DNA of 64,000 bases, from assembly GCA_013239625.1 (NCBI GenBank), contig MU054323.1, forward strand, positions 7,491,220 through 7,555,219, read 5' to 3'. The notes beneath the pieces were generated by a model that was given only the letters and a program-made list of their open reading frames with translations, did not search any database and was not told the origin of the DNA. A program made the translations under genes and the position numbers. Every line of letters starts with the position of its first letter. The first letter of the stretch is position 1. Shown here one piece after another: positions 40,621 to 53,359 of the stretch. Origin of the DNA: Lama guanicoe. Its lineage: Eukaryota.

Positions 40621-41679
40621 AACATATAATGGAGAGGACCAATAAAGCCAAAAGTTCCTTGAGAAATACAATAAAAGTGACATTTTGGGGAAGGAAAAAT
40701 AAAACCAGAACCTGTGAGCACAAAGGCCTGGTGTCAAATATTTTATAGACTCATCTAGACAGCTTTTACTTTAGCACCAGAGTTGAGAAATGATCACCTT
40801 TCATTTTTCTTAGTAATTTTATATTAAGTAAAAATTATAAACTATCAAATTTTCTATGTAATTTATTCTCCTCTTCCTTTAATAAATATTTATTGAGTTG
40901 CTGGAGCTACCATGATAAATACATGTGATTCTTACTCTTGTGATGCTTAGAGTCTAGAAGATAAAATACTAAGCAAAGAAAGAATGAACCAATTTCATCA
41001 CTAATGATGTGTCAGTGTAGGTCCATCAATTGTAAGAGATGTTCCACTCTGGCGGGCGAGGGTTGACAGTGAGGGAGGCTATGCGTACGTCAGGGCAGGG
41101 GGGCAAAATTAAGAGACAGCTCTTAATTTTGCTATGAACTTAAAACTGCTCTAAAAAAAATAAAGTCTTAAAAAAAAAGATATACATGTAGTTACCTACC
41201 TAAGTAGAAGTCTATAAACTAACCATTAAGATTAATAAAAGAGTGAAGAAAGACCATTAGATTCAAAACTGACATACTACAATCAACCCAACACCCAGAT
41301 GACAGGGCCAAGTAATAAGGCTGGCAAAAGGTGACTTTTGCATTCTTACAAGGTAATTATGCTGGAGACTTGGGGTGATGTTGACAATGAGAGTGGGGCT
41401 TCCAACAGCAGGTACCACTGGTACCAGCGCAATTCTTTCTGTGAAGAAATGGAGGAGACTCAGGAAGCCACCTCCACCAAACATCATATCCTTGAGTTTG
41501 TTACAGAGAATGGTAACTTATACAAGGTTTATGCATCAGTGATAGCATTCACTAAAGAGTAAACTCAGTTCTTTGCAGAATACCCAATTTCTACTTCAAA
41601 TACCTACCCTACCACGCTCTCTCATATGCCCATGTAAGTGTACCTACCCTCTGTAATTCTTAGTATCAAGAATTACAGT

Positions 41680-41830
41680 TTATTTGGTTTCTGTTTTTGT
41701 CAGTTTCCCCTTAAAATGTAAGCTGTGGGAGAGAAGTCAGGGACTGCGTTTTGTTCTCCCCTATAACGCCAGCACCTAGAATGGTGCCTGGAACATAACA
41801 GATTCTCAGTAAATGTGTTAAAAACTAAAT
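41680..41830 (+). mobile_element. L2 3' end
   Basis: ccagcacctagaatggtgcctggaacataacagattctcagtaaatgtgt. Confidence 0.65.
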
Positions 41831-42486
41831 GAAAAGATGACCCTATGCTGGGTCCTGAAGGGTAGGCAGGAGCAACAAGCCAGATGAAGGCGGAGGCAAC
41901 CCCATACACAACAGCACAGAGAGAGGAAAACCACCACCTCTCTGGGGGAAAGCCAGGCCAGGACTGCTGGAAACAACACAGATGGTGAGTGATGGAAATC
42001 AGAAACTTGTGAGCCAAGGAAGAGTCCAAAATGGCCTCATTGGGCATCTCAGGAGCTTGGGCTTCCTCAGGACAGTGATGAGGAGCAACAGAAGGGATTT
42101 AAGGAGGAAATAACCTAAGGTTTATATAGTTCAGTCTGGTAGCATCAGAGATCACCAACTTGAGTGTCAAGACTGAAGGAAGGGATCAGAAACTGACTGC
42201 TTCCGTTTAGAAAAGTAAAAATGATTAAAAATATATATATATTAATTATAAACACAGCTAAAACCACATTAAATACCTACGGTTCCGGGTCAAGCATGGC
42301 GTGAAGTGCTTTAGTCCCATTATCTCATTTAATCTTCACAATAATTCTATGCAGTAGGTCCTATTTATGGATGAGAAAATTGTAAGCCAGTGAGGGAGCC
42401 AAGATGCAAACCCAGGCAGTCTGACTACAGAGCCTGGATTCAAAGCCATTATAGTATGAGGAACAGACCGATTCAAGACTCACGAG

Positions 42487-42729
42487 AGCTGCAGATACTA
42501 ACATTTATACATAAAGTGAATAAACAACAAGTTTATATTGTATAGCACAGGGAACTATATTCAATGTCTTGTAGTAACCTATACTGAAAACGATATGAAA
42601 ACAAATATATGTATGTACATGTATTACTGAACTATTACGCTATACATCAGAAATTGACAACATAAATTGACTATACTTCAATAAAATAATAATAATAATA
42701 AATAAATAAATAAAATTGAAAAAAAAAAA
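42487..42729 (+). mobile_element. Short 5'-truncated LINE-1 3' end with A-rich tail
   Basis: tgtatagcacagggaactatattcaatgtcttgtagtaacc; candidate TSD core gactcacg on both flanks. Confidence 0.85.
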
Positions 42730-43979
42730 GGACTCACGGGGGAAAACTCAGCTGCGCTTTGTGATTTCTTTGGTGGAGGAGGGTGAGGTGGAGAGAAGTG
42801 ACTCCAAGGTGTCCAGCTTAGATGACTAGCAATGAGAGACTCAGAACTAGGAAAGTCGGTAAAGATCACCCAGACTAACTGCCTAAGCCAAAAATTTCTT
42901 TTTCTGCCATCTTTAACAGACAATTATCTAGGCCCTGCCTGACAAGACAACACAGATCTGAGTTGAGTCAAACTCTGCCTTCCCATTACTAAGACTCTAA
43001 CAATTTAGAAAATCTTGATAGTTGAAAGGGTCTGACCTGCTGATTTTCACTCCATGATATGCAGAATTCTAGAATTCTGCAGCTACCTCAGGGGTATCTC
43101 AAGCTGACTCCCACCTCCCTCCTCTGGCTTCACCAAGCAGCACCAATCTTACAACACTCATTTTGAAGGTCCTTGTAAGCTCTCATTGGGAAAAAAAAAA
43201 AAAGCGCAATGCTCTTAAAAGGCTTCACAATCACTGGCACAGACCAATAACCCCATTTCATGGTTAAGGAATTTGAGGTCCACCAAGTGTCAGTGCATTG
43301 GTCAAGGCCATGCAGTCACGGTCACATCGACAAGTAACTGCAGACCAAACCAACCCTCCAAACACTGGGAACTACCCTATTCCTCCCAGCCATCTTTTTT
43401 TTTTGCTTGAATTTTATGTAAGAAATATATAAGATTACGTAAGAATATAGGAATACATAAGAATAGATAAGAAATATATAAGAAGTTTTAACAGATTTTA
43501 AAGTGTATACAGTAAAGTAATATACCAAAGTACACATTCATGCTTTTAATTTTTCCTACAGCTGTAAGTGTTGTGCTAACACTTAGTCATCTCTACCTTA
43601 GAACCTTTATCTAGTGGGAGGTAATTTATATAATTCGTTAATTATTTATCACCACCTGCAGGCTCATGGTAACAATGGAGCTACAGCAAGAGGTTTAAAT
43701 TGACAGGCAAGCCTTTAACCCACAGATAATCTAGGTTAACATTTCTGCTTTATTATTTATGATCTTGCTTAAGAAAGAAGTTCAAGTCAATTCAGTTAAA
43801 ATACATGCTCTGTCTTGGGGGTTCTCCAACTCCACGATTCTTTAACCCCCATTCTTCCCTTTCTGAAGCTTGTAACATAAAACTTCTAATTGATTAAAGC
43901 TACGACTTGATAAGGGAGAGGAAAAAAAAGCTATTCCCACACATACAAATAAGGATTTCTAGAAGCACTCAAGACTCAC

Positions 43980-44046
43980 GCATTTCTATGAACAGCTGCC
44001 TCTTCTCTGCCATGGTCTTCCGCTTGTTCCCACTTTCCTCAATCAT
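43980..44046 (-). CDS. DTNB: Beta-dystrobrevin, first coding exon (exon 43980-44047; ATG at 44046); [22 protein letters not shown]+1 nt
   Basis: Manual reverse-complement translation matches the DTNB N-terminus. Acceptor ttttgtctctag|G ATG, donor C|gtgagt. 67 coding nt, ends in phase 1. Confidence 0.97.
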
Positions 44047-44634
44047 CCTAGAGACAAAAAAGGATACAATAAACCACTGTATAATTTGACAATTCAACCA
44101 AGTGCTTATCATGCTATTGTGAAGAAGAAATTAAGTTGTATAAGCACACATTAAGAGGGTAGCAGCAAAAATAAAGTGGAAGCCCAATATAGAAAAAGAT
44201 AAAAACTGTGGTCCCTCTATCTGATAGCTTTTGAAATATCAGAGTCAATACTTAAATGAGCTCGTACACTTGCTTCCTTTGCTGAAAATAATGTCTTATT
44301 GCTAACTTTATTTTCTCTGCAGAGTCCTAGATTAGCTGAGACACAGTTTCCCATATACCTACTGTTTTACATAGATAAACATGTCACTAAATATAAATTT
44401 AAAATAATTATAATGAAGAGCTACAAAAACACATAAGGATAATTAGCTTATATGTAAAATATAAATAAAATCTTTTATTTTTATATTACACAGTATTAAA
44501 CAAAAAAGTATTCATCCACAAACTCAAACAACTCCTAAACATAATTTTTTTGTCCCATGATTTAGGCTATGCCAGTCATTTTGTTTCCATGCATTATCTC
44601 ATTTAATTGTCCCAACAACCCTGGGTGCTGGTAT

Positions 44635-44668
44635 TTATTATTTTATTATTATTATTATTATTATTATT
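44635..44668. repeat. (TTA)n microsatellite within a MIR-like fragment
   Basis: Read directly; followed by cccattttacaga (MIR core, minus strand). Confidence 0.85.
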
Positions 44669-45214
44669 CCCATTTTACAGACTGGGAAACAGATGCCTAG
44701 GAAAGAACACTAACTTGCTCAAGGACATACAACTCAGAAGCAATACAGTGGAATCCCAACCCATTCATTAAACTTCTTTCATAACTGTTGCTTCTACATG
44801 CATATTTTCAAATCTCTATGCCTAAAAAGCTGGTCCATTGCATGGACCCTACTGATGCAAAATTCATGGCAATTTCAGCCAAACTTTGCCTTACTTTGTG
44901 AAGAAAAATATCTAGACAATAGCATAAGCTAAATGATTTCCCTAAGCAGATTAAACTGCTATAATCATGGAGTGATTTATCTAACATATTCTCAAATATG
45001 TTAGAATCACAAATTAAGTGATGACTACACAAATTACATATCCATTAAAGCAAACTGCCTGCCAGAAGTTTATAGATAGATATATCCTAAAGAAAATTAA
45101 GAATGTAAATATATATCTTAACATTCTGCAATTAATATTTTTATCACTAAGACTGGCCCTTAGATCATTTTAAAATGTTATCAAATAGGCTTTAACATAC
45201 ATAATGGTTTCTTT

Positions 45215-45540
45215 TTTCTTTTTTTAATTAATAGACTTAATTTTTTAGAACAGTTTCAGGTTCACAGCAGAATTGAGCAGAAAATACAGAGTAGGCACAT
45301 AGCCCTCCCCACCCACACATATATACTCCCCTACCCTCAACATCCCTCATCAGTGTGGCATATTTGGTACAATCGATGAACCAACATGGACACATTATTA
45401 TCAACCAAAGTCCACAGTATACATTAGGGCCCACTCTTGATGTTGTACATTCTATGAGTTTTGACAAAAGCATAATGACATGTAGCCACCACTATAGTAT
45501 CATACAGAATAATTTCATTGCACTAAAACTCCTTTGTGCT
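45215..45540 (-). mobile_element. Old LINE-1 3' end, minus strand
   Basis: ttttttagaacagtttcaggttcacagcagaattgagc...gtacattctatgagttttgacaaa. Confidence 0.75.
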
Positions 45541-45849
45541 CCACATGATTTTTTTAACAATCTGCCCCCAAGAGGAAAAAGTTTTAAACAGAAAGAAAAT
45601 AAGACAAAGAAAAAGCAGCCAGAAACAGCACAAATCTACTGAAAAAAATCTAGGTCCTAGAGAAAAAACAGAGCTGCTACCTGCAGTTACAAAGAAAAGA
45701 AAATATTCAAAAGTCTGCTCCCTCCCCCTAGTCTTGGTCTCTCACTAGATTAATGCAAAATTTAAATGCAAAACACAGATTACAACAAGAGAATTACAAT
45801 GTCCTTTATAATATATATCATTTATTATATCCTTTTTCTACTTTCATTA

Positions 45850-45982
45850 TTTTTTTCTTAGTTTTTGGGGGGGGGTGGTATTTGGTTTATTTATTTATTT
45901 TTAGAGGTGGTACTGGGGATTGAATCCTGGACCTTGTGCATGTTAACCGTGTGCCCTACCATTTGAACTATACCTTACCCCC
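45850..45982 (-). mobile_element. Vic-1-like SINE
   Basis: ggtactggggattgaatcctggaccttgtgcatgttaa...gaactatacc. Confidence 0.85.
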
Positions 45983-46259
45983 TTACTTTTGCTATTTCTT
46001 TATATCACTTTTTTTCTGAAAGTAAGATCTAAGAATTCCTGGAGATCCCTAAGTTCTTCACGGTAGTTTTCTAAATTTTGTCTTTATTTCCAGATTAATG
46101 TTGAAAAAAATTACTATAAACATATTGTGGATCATCTGGATGACCACCAAGCAACAAGGAATGCCAAAGCCACTTCAAAGCCCACATCTGCATGTGTGAT
46201 TACTGTGACATTGGACGCAAGAGATCACCTAAAGCAAACTAGAGAAACTAGAGTTCCCT

Positions 46260-46460
46260 GGACCAGATCTGGCCTGCCACCTGTTCTTGCAAACACAGAC
46301 TTACTGGAACACAGCCACACCTACTCATTTACATATTGTCTATGGATGCTTTCATGCTACAACGGCAGAGCTGAGCAGCTGCAACAGAGAGCATCTGGCA
46401 TGCAAAGTCTAAAACAGTCAACATCTGGTCCTTTTAAGAAAAAATAAGTCAACCCAACCT
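46260..46460. mobile_element. MER58A-like MITE (partial, opposite orientation to the 49.5 kb copy)
   Basis: ctggaacacagccacacctactcatttacatattgtctatggatgctttcatgctacaacggcagag is the reverse complement of the same family. Confidence 0.78.
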
Positions 46461-46892
46461 AAAGCGACAGTAATCAATATTGCACTACTACCCATGCCTG
46501 GCTGCAGTTAGGTTACTCCACTGTCAAAATGACAATTATCCCACATCCCACCAGGGTTTGAGTTTCAGTTCCATTACCGGAAGTTTAGCCTGGACAATTT
46601 GCTTTAATCACTCTAAGATTCATTCCTCATTGCTGAAATGGCATAAGAATCACATATGCTTCACTACCCTTCATTTAACAAATACTTACTGAGGCGTTCT
46701 TATGTGACAGGCACTCCTAGATGTACTGGAAACATTGCAGTGAATAAAAGAGACAGTCACCACCTTCATGTAGCTTATGAGAGGATTAAAAACAGTAATT
46801 CATTTAGACAGTGCCTGACCTTAGGTAAGCACAGGACAAATGGTAGCCGCTATTCCTATTATTATAATTATAATTATTATTATCACTACTAC

Positions 46893-47104
46893 TGTTTTCT
46901 TCTCTCTAGCTTACTTTATTGCAAGAATACAGTATATAATACCTGTAACATACAAAATAAGTGTTAGTTGACTTATCGATAAGACTTCTGGTCAACAGAA
47001 GGGTTTAGTAGTAAAGTTTTGGGGGATTCAAAAGTTATACGAAGATTTTCAACTGTGCACAGTGTCAGCATCCCTAACCCCCATATCGTTCAAGTGTCAA
47101 CCGC
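46893..47104. mobile_element. Tigger2a/MER28-like TcMar DNA transposon, terminal fragment
   Basis: ctctagcttactttattgcaagaatacagtatataata...cctaacccccatatcgttcaagtgtcaaccg (terminal inverted repeat). Confidence 0.75.
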
Positions 47105-47682
47105 ACTTAGAAGAATTGTACAATGTTTAACTGTATTTCCTTGGAGGTAATGGAGAAGCAGACACTCTCACAGACTGTTAGTGAATGTCAACTGACAAGC
47201 ATTTTAGAGGGCAATTTGGCAATATTTACCAAAAGTTTAAATGTATACTACCTTTGGCCCAGTAAATACATGGGTTTTTTTCACACTTCCTACAAATATT
47301 TATTTTTTAAATATATTTTATTGAACAGTCATTTTACAATGTTATGTCAGTTTCTAGTGTACAGCACAATACTTCAGTCAAATAGCAACATACATACTAT
47401 TTATTTGTTAAAAAAGGGAAAGAGAAAGGAAAGAGGGAGGGGAAAGAAGGAAGGGCAGGGGTGAGTTGGAGAGGGGGGAATTGGAAGGAAGTAGAGGGGA
47501 GTGGTGGAAAGAGAAAAGAAAAGAAGGAGAAACCCAATATGAAACTGCTTAAATAACATGGTACAGCCATACAATGAAATAGTGTAGTTCACAGATAAAA
47601 AGAACGAAGCAGGTGAGTCCAACTTAGGAAAAGATTCTCAAGGCATGTAAGTCAAAGCACGTAAGGAAACAGTATTATAACA

Positions 47683-47925
47683 CAGTAGATGCTGTTCGTG
47701 CCCTGCTCAGATACCCTTAGCTGACCTGAGCTTTACAGATGCCCCAGCTGCTGTGAGTGCTGGCTGCTAACTTGTCAAAGATGTACTCTTCTTTGGAAAA
47801 CGGCCTTCAGCTGATTGAACACTCCCTTACCAAGAAATGCCCAGCAAGTAACTCGCTCCCTATAGGAGTCATCAAGCAGCTATAGCCAGTGACTAATAAA
47901 AGGTATAAAAGCCCACCCCTGGGAT
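47683..47925 (+). mobile_element. 5' half of an LTR16-like ERVL LTR, abutting an old L1
   Basis: agatgctgttcgtgccctgctcagataccc...gccagtgact...ggtataaaagccca resembles the LTR16 family, by eye. Confidence 0.55.
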
Positions 47926-47929
47926 GTTC

Positions 47930-50900
47930 TAGACCTCAGTAAAGAGTAGTAAGCACATACCAACCTTACTCTCCCACCAAATACAACTATAAACCTGCAC
48001 AGCATGTATGCTGGAGATAGCTGCAGTCTGAAAAGTAAGTATCAGCAGGTTGGCTTGGGAAAGAACACAGGACGCAAAGACCACTGCACAGGCAGTGAGT
48101 TTACATTTTTTCCTTCTTGCATCCCTTGGCCTGAACCCCTGAACGTAGCACTGTGGTACTCACACAGAGAAATCCAGGAGAAACTCTAGTTCTGGCCTGA
48201 AGAGATGAAAGAAGACTAAAACCCACCTGGAGAGAGTGGGAAAAACTTTCCAGGTCTATTTTTCTCTCTTTCTCTTTTTTCTTCATTTTCTCCCACTCCA
48301 GCCAAGAGGCCATCCTGTGGTGAAGGCAGTGGCAGTATCAACAAAAGCAGCTGGCCTGGGGAGCTACCAGCATCAAAAATGCAAAGAAAAGGAAACTTCA
48401 CCTCTGTTCAGTCAGCTGCAGCTCTAAGCAGGGCCCCGGTGACAGTTTTTTTCTCTCTCTGTCTTTATGCCACTGTGGTGCAATTGCAGAAGTGGGCAGT
48501 TTTTGGCCAGAGGACGGAAAAGGGGAGCCCAGAGTAGCCAGAAAGTATCAGAGAGGTATCTGAGCAGGAGAAGCTCAGGGCAGCAACCCCAGATATCTGT
48601 CTGTGAAACACTAGGATCTTCTCCAACCCGCACATTCAGGGAATCTGATCTTAATTAGCACACCAACAACTCTGAAAAGTGAGCTTGCAGGAAGACCTCC
48701 ACCTGGGTCCCAGACTGACCACTGGTGGCACACACATGGTACAGATCTGAATAGCACTGAAAAGGACTTGAAAATTGAACTGACATTAGAACCACAGCCA
48801 TAATGTTCTAAATGTCCAAGAAATGATACAAAATTATATGGCGAACAAAGAACTAAGAAAAATCTTCACTCACAATGGAAAAGAAAATCAACACTTGCCA
48901 CTGACAAGATGACAAAGATCTGTAATCTGTAACAGACTTCAGTAATCTGAAAGAGACTTGAAAGCAGCAATTATAAAAATGCTCAAATAAGCAATCACAA
49001 ACACTCTAGAAACAAATGTCAAAACACTGTTAGCAGACAAACAAAAGATATCAAGAGGAACCAAATGTTAGGACTGAAATATACAATAACCAAGGTGGGG
49101 TGGCATTCACTGGATGGATTCAATAGTAGAATGGAGATGACAGAGAAAACTGCACAATAAGACAGATCAGACAGAAATTATCCAATCTGAACAATAGAAA
49201 AAAATTCTTTAAGGAATAATGTCTCAGGGATTTGGTAGATAAAAACAAAAGGTCTAACATTCATCATGCCATCAGGATTCCAGGAGAAAAGAGTGTGGTG
49301 AGTGGTGCTAAGCCGATACATAAAGACATAATGGCTGAAAACTCACCAAATTTGGTGAAAGACATGTACCTACAAATTCAAGAAAGTGAGAAAACCTCAA
49401 ACAAGTTAAAAGCCAAAGAAATCCATCATAATGGATACATCGTAATCAAACTGTTGAAAACTAAAGACAAAGAAATACTCCTGAAAGAAGCCAGAATAAA
49501 AGAACACATTACCCCCATAGGTCAGGGATCAGCACATCTTTTCTTACAGAGTCAAACAGTAAATATTTTGGGTTTGCAGGCCAAATGGTCTCTGTCACAA
49601 TTACTCAACAGTGCCACTGCAGCATGAGAGCAGCTATGTATGTAGACAAATGGGTGTGGCCTTGTTAAAACTTTATTTAGAAAACAAATAGGCGATCAAC
49701 CCACAGGCCATAGTTGGCCAACTCCTGCTAAAGAGGAATAATGATATTGTCTTCTTTGGATTTCTCATCAGAAATTATGGAGGACAAAATATGGTGAAAC
49801 AATACTTTTACAGTACTAAAAGAAAAGACTCAACCCACAATACTATACTAAGAGAATAAATACTCCAGAAATTTAGAAAAATAGAATTTGTAACCAGCAG
49901 ACATGCTCTGAAAGAACTGCTAAATGAAGTTCTTCAGAAAGAAAAGTAATGATTCCAGAAGGAAACCTGAATGACAAATGAAAGAACAGCAATATAAAAG
50001 ATGTTAGAAGAAATAACACCAATTCCACAGTCTCTACCAGAAAATATAAAAGAATACATTCCAATTCATTTAAAACAGCCAGTAATTCCTGATACCAAAA
50101 CTAGACAAAGACGGTACAAAGGCAAATAAACAATATCCCTTGTGAACACAGACACAAAAAATCCTCAACAAAATACTGTAAATTGAAGCCAGTAATATAT
50201 AAAAACCCCAGAAGCAACTGGGGTTTATCACAGGAATAAAAGGCCAATTCAATATTTGAAAATTAATCAATATAATCCAACATATTAACAGTCTAAAGAT
50301 ACACGTGATCATAGCAGATGCTAAAGTACACATGACAAAATACAATGTCTGTTCATGATGATAAACTCAACAAACTAAAAATAAAAACTTCCTCTACTTG
50401 ATAAAGAGCACCCACAAGAAAGCCTGCAGCTAATGTCACGCTTAGTGGTAAAAAACTGAATGCTTTTCCCCTAAGACTGGCAACGAGGCAAGGATGCCCA
50501 CCCTTACCACTTATATTCAACATTATATGGGTTGTCTTAGCCAGTGAAATAAGAAGAAAAGAAACAAAAGGAAAACAGATTGGGAAGGAAAAAATCAAAT
50601 TATACCTGTTTGCAGACAACAACACTATTTTTGCAGAAAATCCAAAATAACATACAAAAAAAAGATCCTAGAACTAAAAAGTGAGTTTAACAATGTTGCA
50701 GGAAACAATGCAAAAACACAAAATTTAACCACAGTTCTATATAATAGCATTACACAATTAGAAATTGAATTTTTTTTTAATTTTTATTTAAGTATAGTTG
50801 GTTTACAATGTTGTGTTAACTTCTGGTGTACAGCATAGTGAGTCAGTTATAAAAACAGTATTTTCAAAATAGCACTTACAACATCTGTAATAAAAACAAG

Positions 50901-51660
50901 ACTCTTAGGTATACACTAACAAAATAAGTACAGGATCTATAAACTAGAACTATAAAACACTGATGACATAATTTTTTTAAAAACCTAAACAAAAAGAAAG
51001 GCATATCATCTAATCAAAATCCTAGCAGAGTTTTTTTGTAAATATAGATTCTGAATTTTATATGCATAGGCTAAAGGAATAGAAAAGATAATTTTGAAAA
51101 GGAGGGATAAAGTTCAAGCCACATACTAAATTTTAAAAATTACTAAAAAGCTACAGTAATCAAGGCAGCATGATATTGGCAGACACAGGTACACAGATCA
51201 ATGAAACAGAACAGAGACCAGAGAGCCACACAAATATTACCATTTGATTTTTTAAGGTGCAAAAGAAATTCAATGAAGAAAGGATAGCCTTGGTGTTGGA
51301 AAAACATAGTTATTCATGTCAAAGGATGAACTTTCACTTATGCCTCACATCATATACAAAACTTAATTCAAAATGGAAGATAGGTGTAAATGTAAAATAT
51401 ATAAGTATAGAAGCTTTAGAAGAAAACATGGGAGAAAAATCTTCATGGTCTCGTACATCACACCAAAAGTGCAAGCCATAGAAGAAAATAATAGTAATAA
51501 ATTGAATGTCACCAAAATTAAATAATTTTGTTCTATGGAAGAAAGCAATAAGAAATGAAAAGACAAGCTACACACTGAGAGAAAAGTATCTGGAAATCAC
51601 ATGTCTGACACAGGACCAGTATCCAGAAAAATGTATTTATTTTTTAAAACACTCAAAACC
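47930..51660 (+). mobile_element. Old, internally deleted LINE-1 (5'UTR, ORF1 remnant, ORF2 fragments)
   Basis: ORF 49232..49627 (IMAENSPNLVKDMYLQIQE...IVIKLLKTKDKEILLKEAR) is ORF1p-like. ORF2 motifs occur at 50050-51660. Confidence 0.82.
49523..49727. mobile_element. MER58A-like hAT-Charlie MITE inserted in L1 ORF1
   Basis: Termini cagggatcagca...ttggccaactcctg; internal gtaaatattttgggtttgcaggcc...gggtgtggc. Confidence 0.8.
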
Positions 51661-52670
51661 AAACCAACATAGAAGAAAAGCTTGTTACTCAACAGTAGCA
51701 ACACTGACCTTATTTGCTGACTTAGCAGGTGTGGCAGAACCTGTTGATGCCCTGCCTTTATTCTCTCACCCATATTACCACTTTGATGCATGAATGATCA
51801 GCTGCCAGTGGCCAGCATCTGCATTTCTTTACCTAAGGGCTTTTTCTGGCTCCTGAAGACTGCTTTGACACCTGCAGGGCAGTCCAGAAGTACCAGAGAA
51901 TTAACATCCCTGGATAGCAGCCCTCCCACTCATGGAAGTTAACATAAATACTCCAGCTCCTTTACCCATCAGAGGGAATAACTCTGAAGCAATGTTTTCC
52001 ACTGGCTTTCTGAGCGCCCCATTAGAATTAACTTCGCTTACTCATGATGCCTGATAAGAAACCCTTTATCAGCTAGTTTCTCTTCTTTGTCTTACTTCTC
52101 CATTCTTCTTAGTAGAAGTATTTCCTAGGGCCATCTTAAAAAATAAAAATTAAACATTAAAATTAAAACTTGCACTTGAGTGCTTGTAGCCCATTTGCTT
52201 CTAGGGTAATGCAAAATAAGACAGATTTGATCCTGTAAAACAGACCTTCAAAATGAACTCTCTAAGTGGATCACTCACTAACCAGATGACAAGGATTCCA
52301 GCGCCTGTAGTAAGTGGCTTGGTGAGAGCCCCTGGCATGCTGCTGCACTGATACTACTAAGACTCCTGATGTGGTGGAGCGAGTAAAGGGATATGGGTAG
52401 GAGAAGACGGCTTATGCAATAGCTTTAGCATTTTGGGGGGGGGGCATCAGAAATTTTAAAGACAATTAAATGTTTGAGCTTTTGTTAAGTAAGATTGATG
52501 CACAACAGAAAGAAAATGTCAAGGCTTAAATCAACCAAGTACCAACTCAGAGCATGGCATGACAGCCAGAAGACCTCTATGGCAGCATCTTAAGGAACCC
52601 TCAGCTCCCAAAACTTGAGAGCAGATTGTGTTAAAAATCAGGCTCAAATTCTGATTATGAAAGTCAGCAG

Positions 52671-53319
52671 CTTTTTCCAGTAGGCAGCCTGAGGTGACCT
52701 CTAAAAATGGTTCGCTATTCACTTGACCCAGAAAAGCCCACAAAATCATGCAAATGAGAGGTTCAGATCTTCGTGTTCACTTTAAGAACACTCGTGAAGC
52801 TGCCCAGGCCATTAAGGGTATGCATATCTGAAAAGCCACCAAGTACCTGAAGGCTGTCACTTTACAGAAGTAGTGTGTGCCGTTCTGTCGTTACAGTGGA
52901 GCTGGTAGGTGTGCCCAGGCAAAACAGTGGGGTGGACACAGAGTCGATGGCCCAAAAAGAGGGCTGAATTTTTACCGCACATGCTCAAAAATGCAGAAAG
53001 TAATGCAGAATTTAAGGGCTTAGATGTAGATTCACTGGTCATTGAGCACATCCAGGTGAACAAAGCTCCCAAGATGCGGTGCAGGACTTACGGAGCTCAT
53101 GGTCAGATCAACCCTTACATGAGCTCTCCCTGCCACATTGAAAGAGCTCTCCCTGCCACACTGAGACGATCCTTACTGAAAAAGAGCAGATTGTTCCTAA
53201 ACCAGAAGAGGAGGTTGCACAGAAGAAAAAGATATCCCAGAATAAACTGAGGAAACAAAAACTTATTGTCCAAGAATAAATTCAGCAAAAAATAAATGCA
53301 AATAAAAGTAAAAAAAAAA

Positions 53320-53321
<2 letters not shown>
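52671..53321 (+). pseudogene. RPL17: Processed pseudogene of ribosomal protein L17 (uL22), full length and disabled
   Basis: ATG at 52707 ([16 protein letters not shown]). ORF 52909..53250 contains [44 protein letters not shown]. Intronless, with in-frame TGA/TAG, frameshifts, stop at 53277-53279, AATAAA and a poly(A) tail. TSD aagtcagca at 52661-52669 and 53356-53364. Confidence 0.96.

Positions 53322-53354
<33 letters not shown>
53322..53354. repeat. (GAAA)8 microsatellite in the retrocopy poly(A) tail
   Basis: Read directly; lies between the A-run and the 3' TSD. Confidence 0.92.

Positions 53355-53359
<5 letters not shown>

Noticed and set aside
52909..53250. 113-aa RPL17-like ORF as a functional retrogene
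   Set aside because: Upstream stops and frameshifts, and the frame is broken by the 23-bp duplication.
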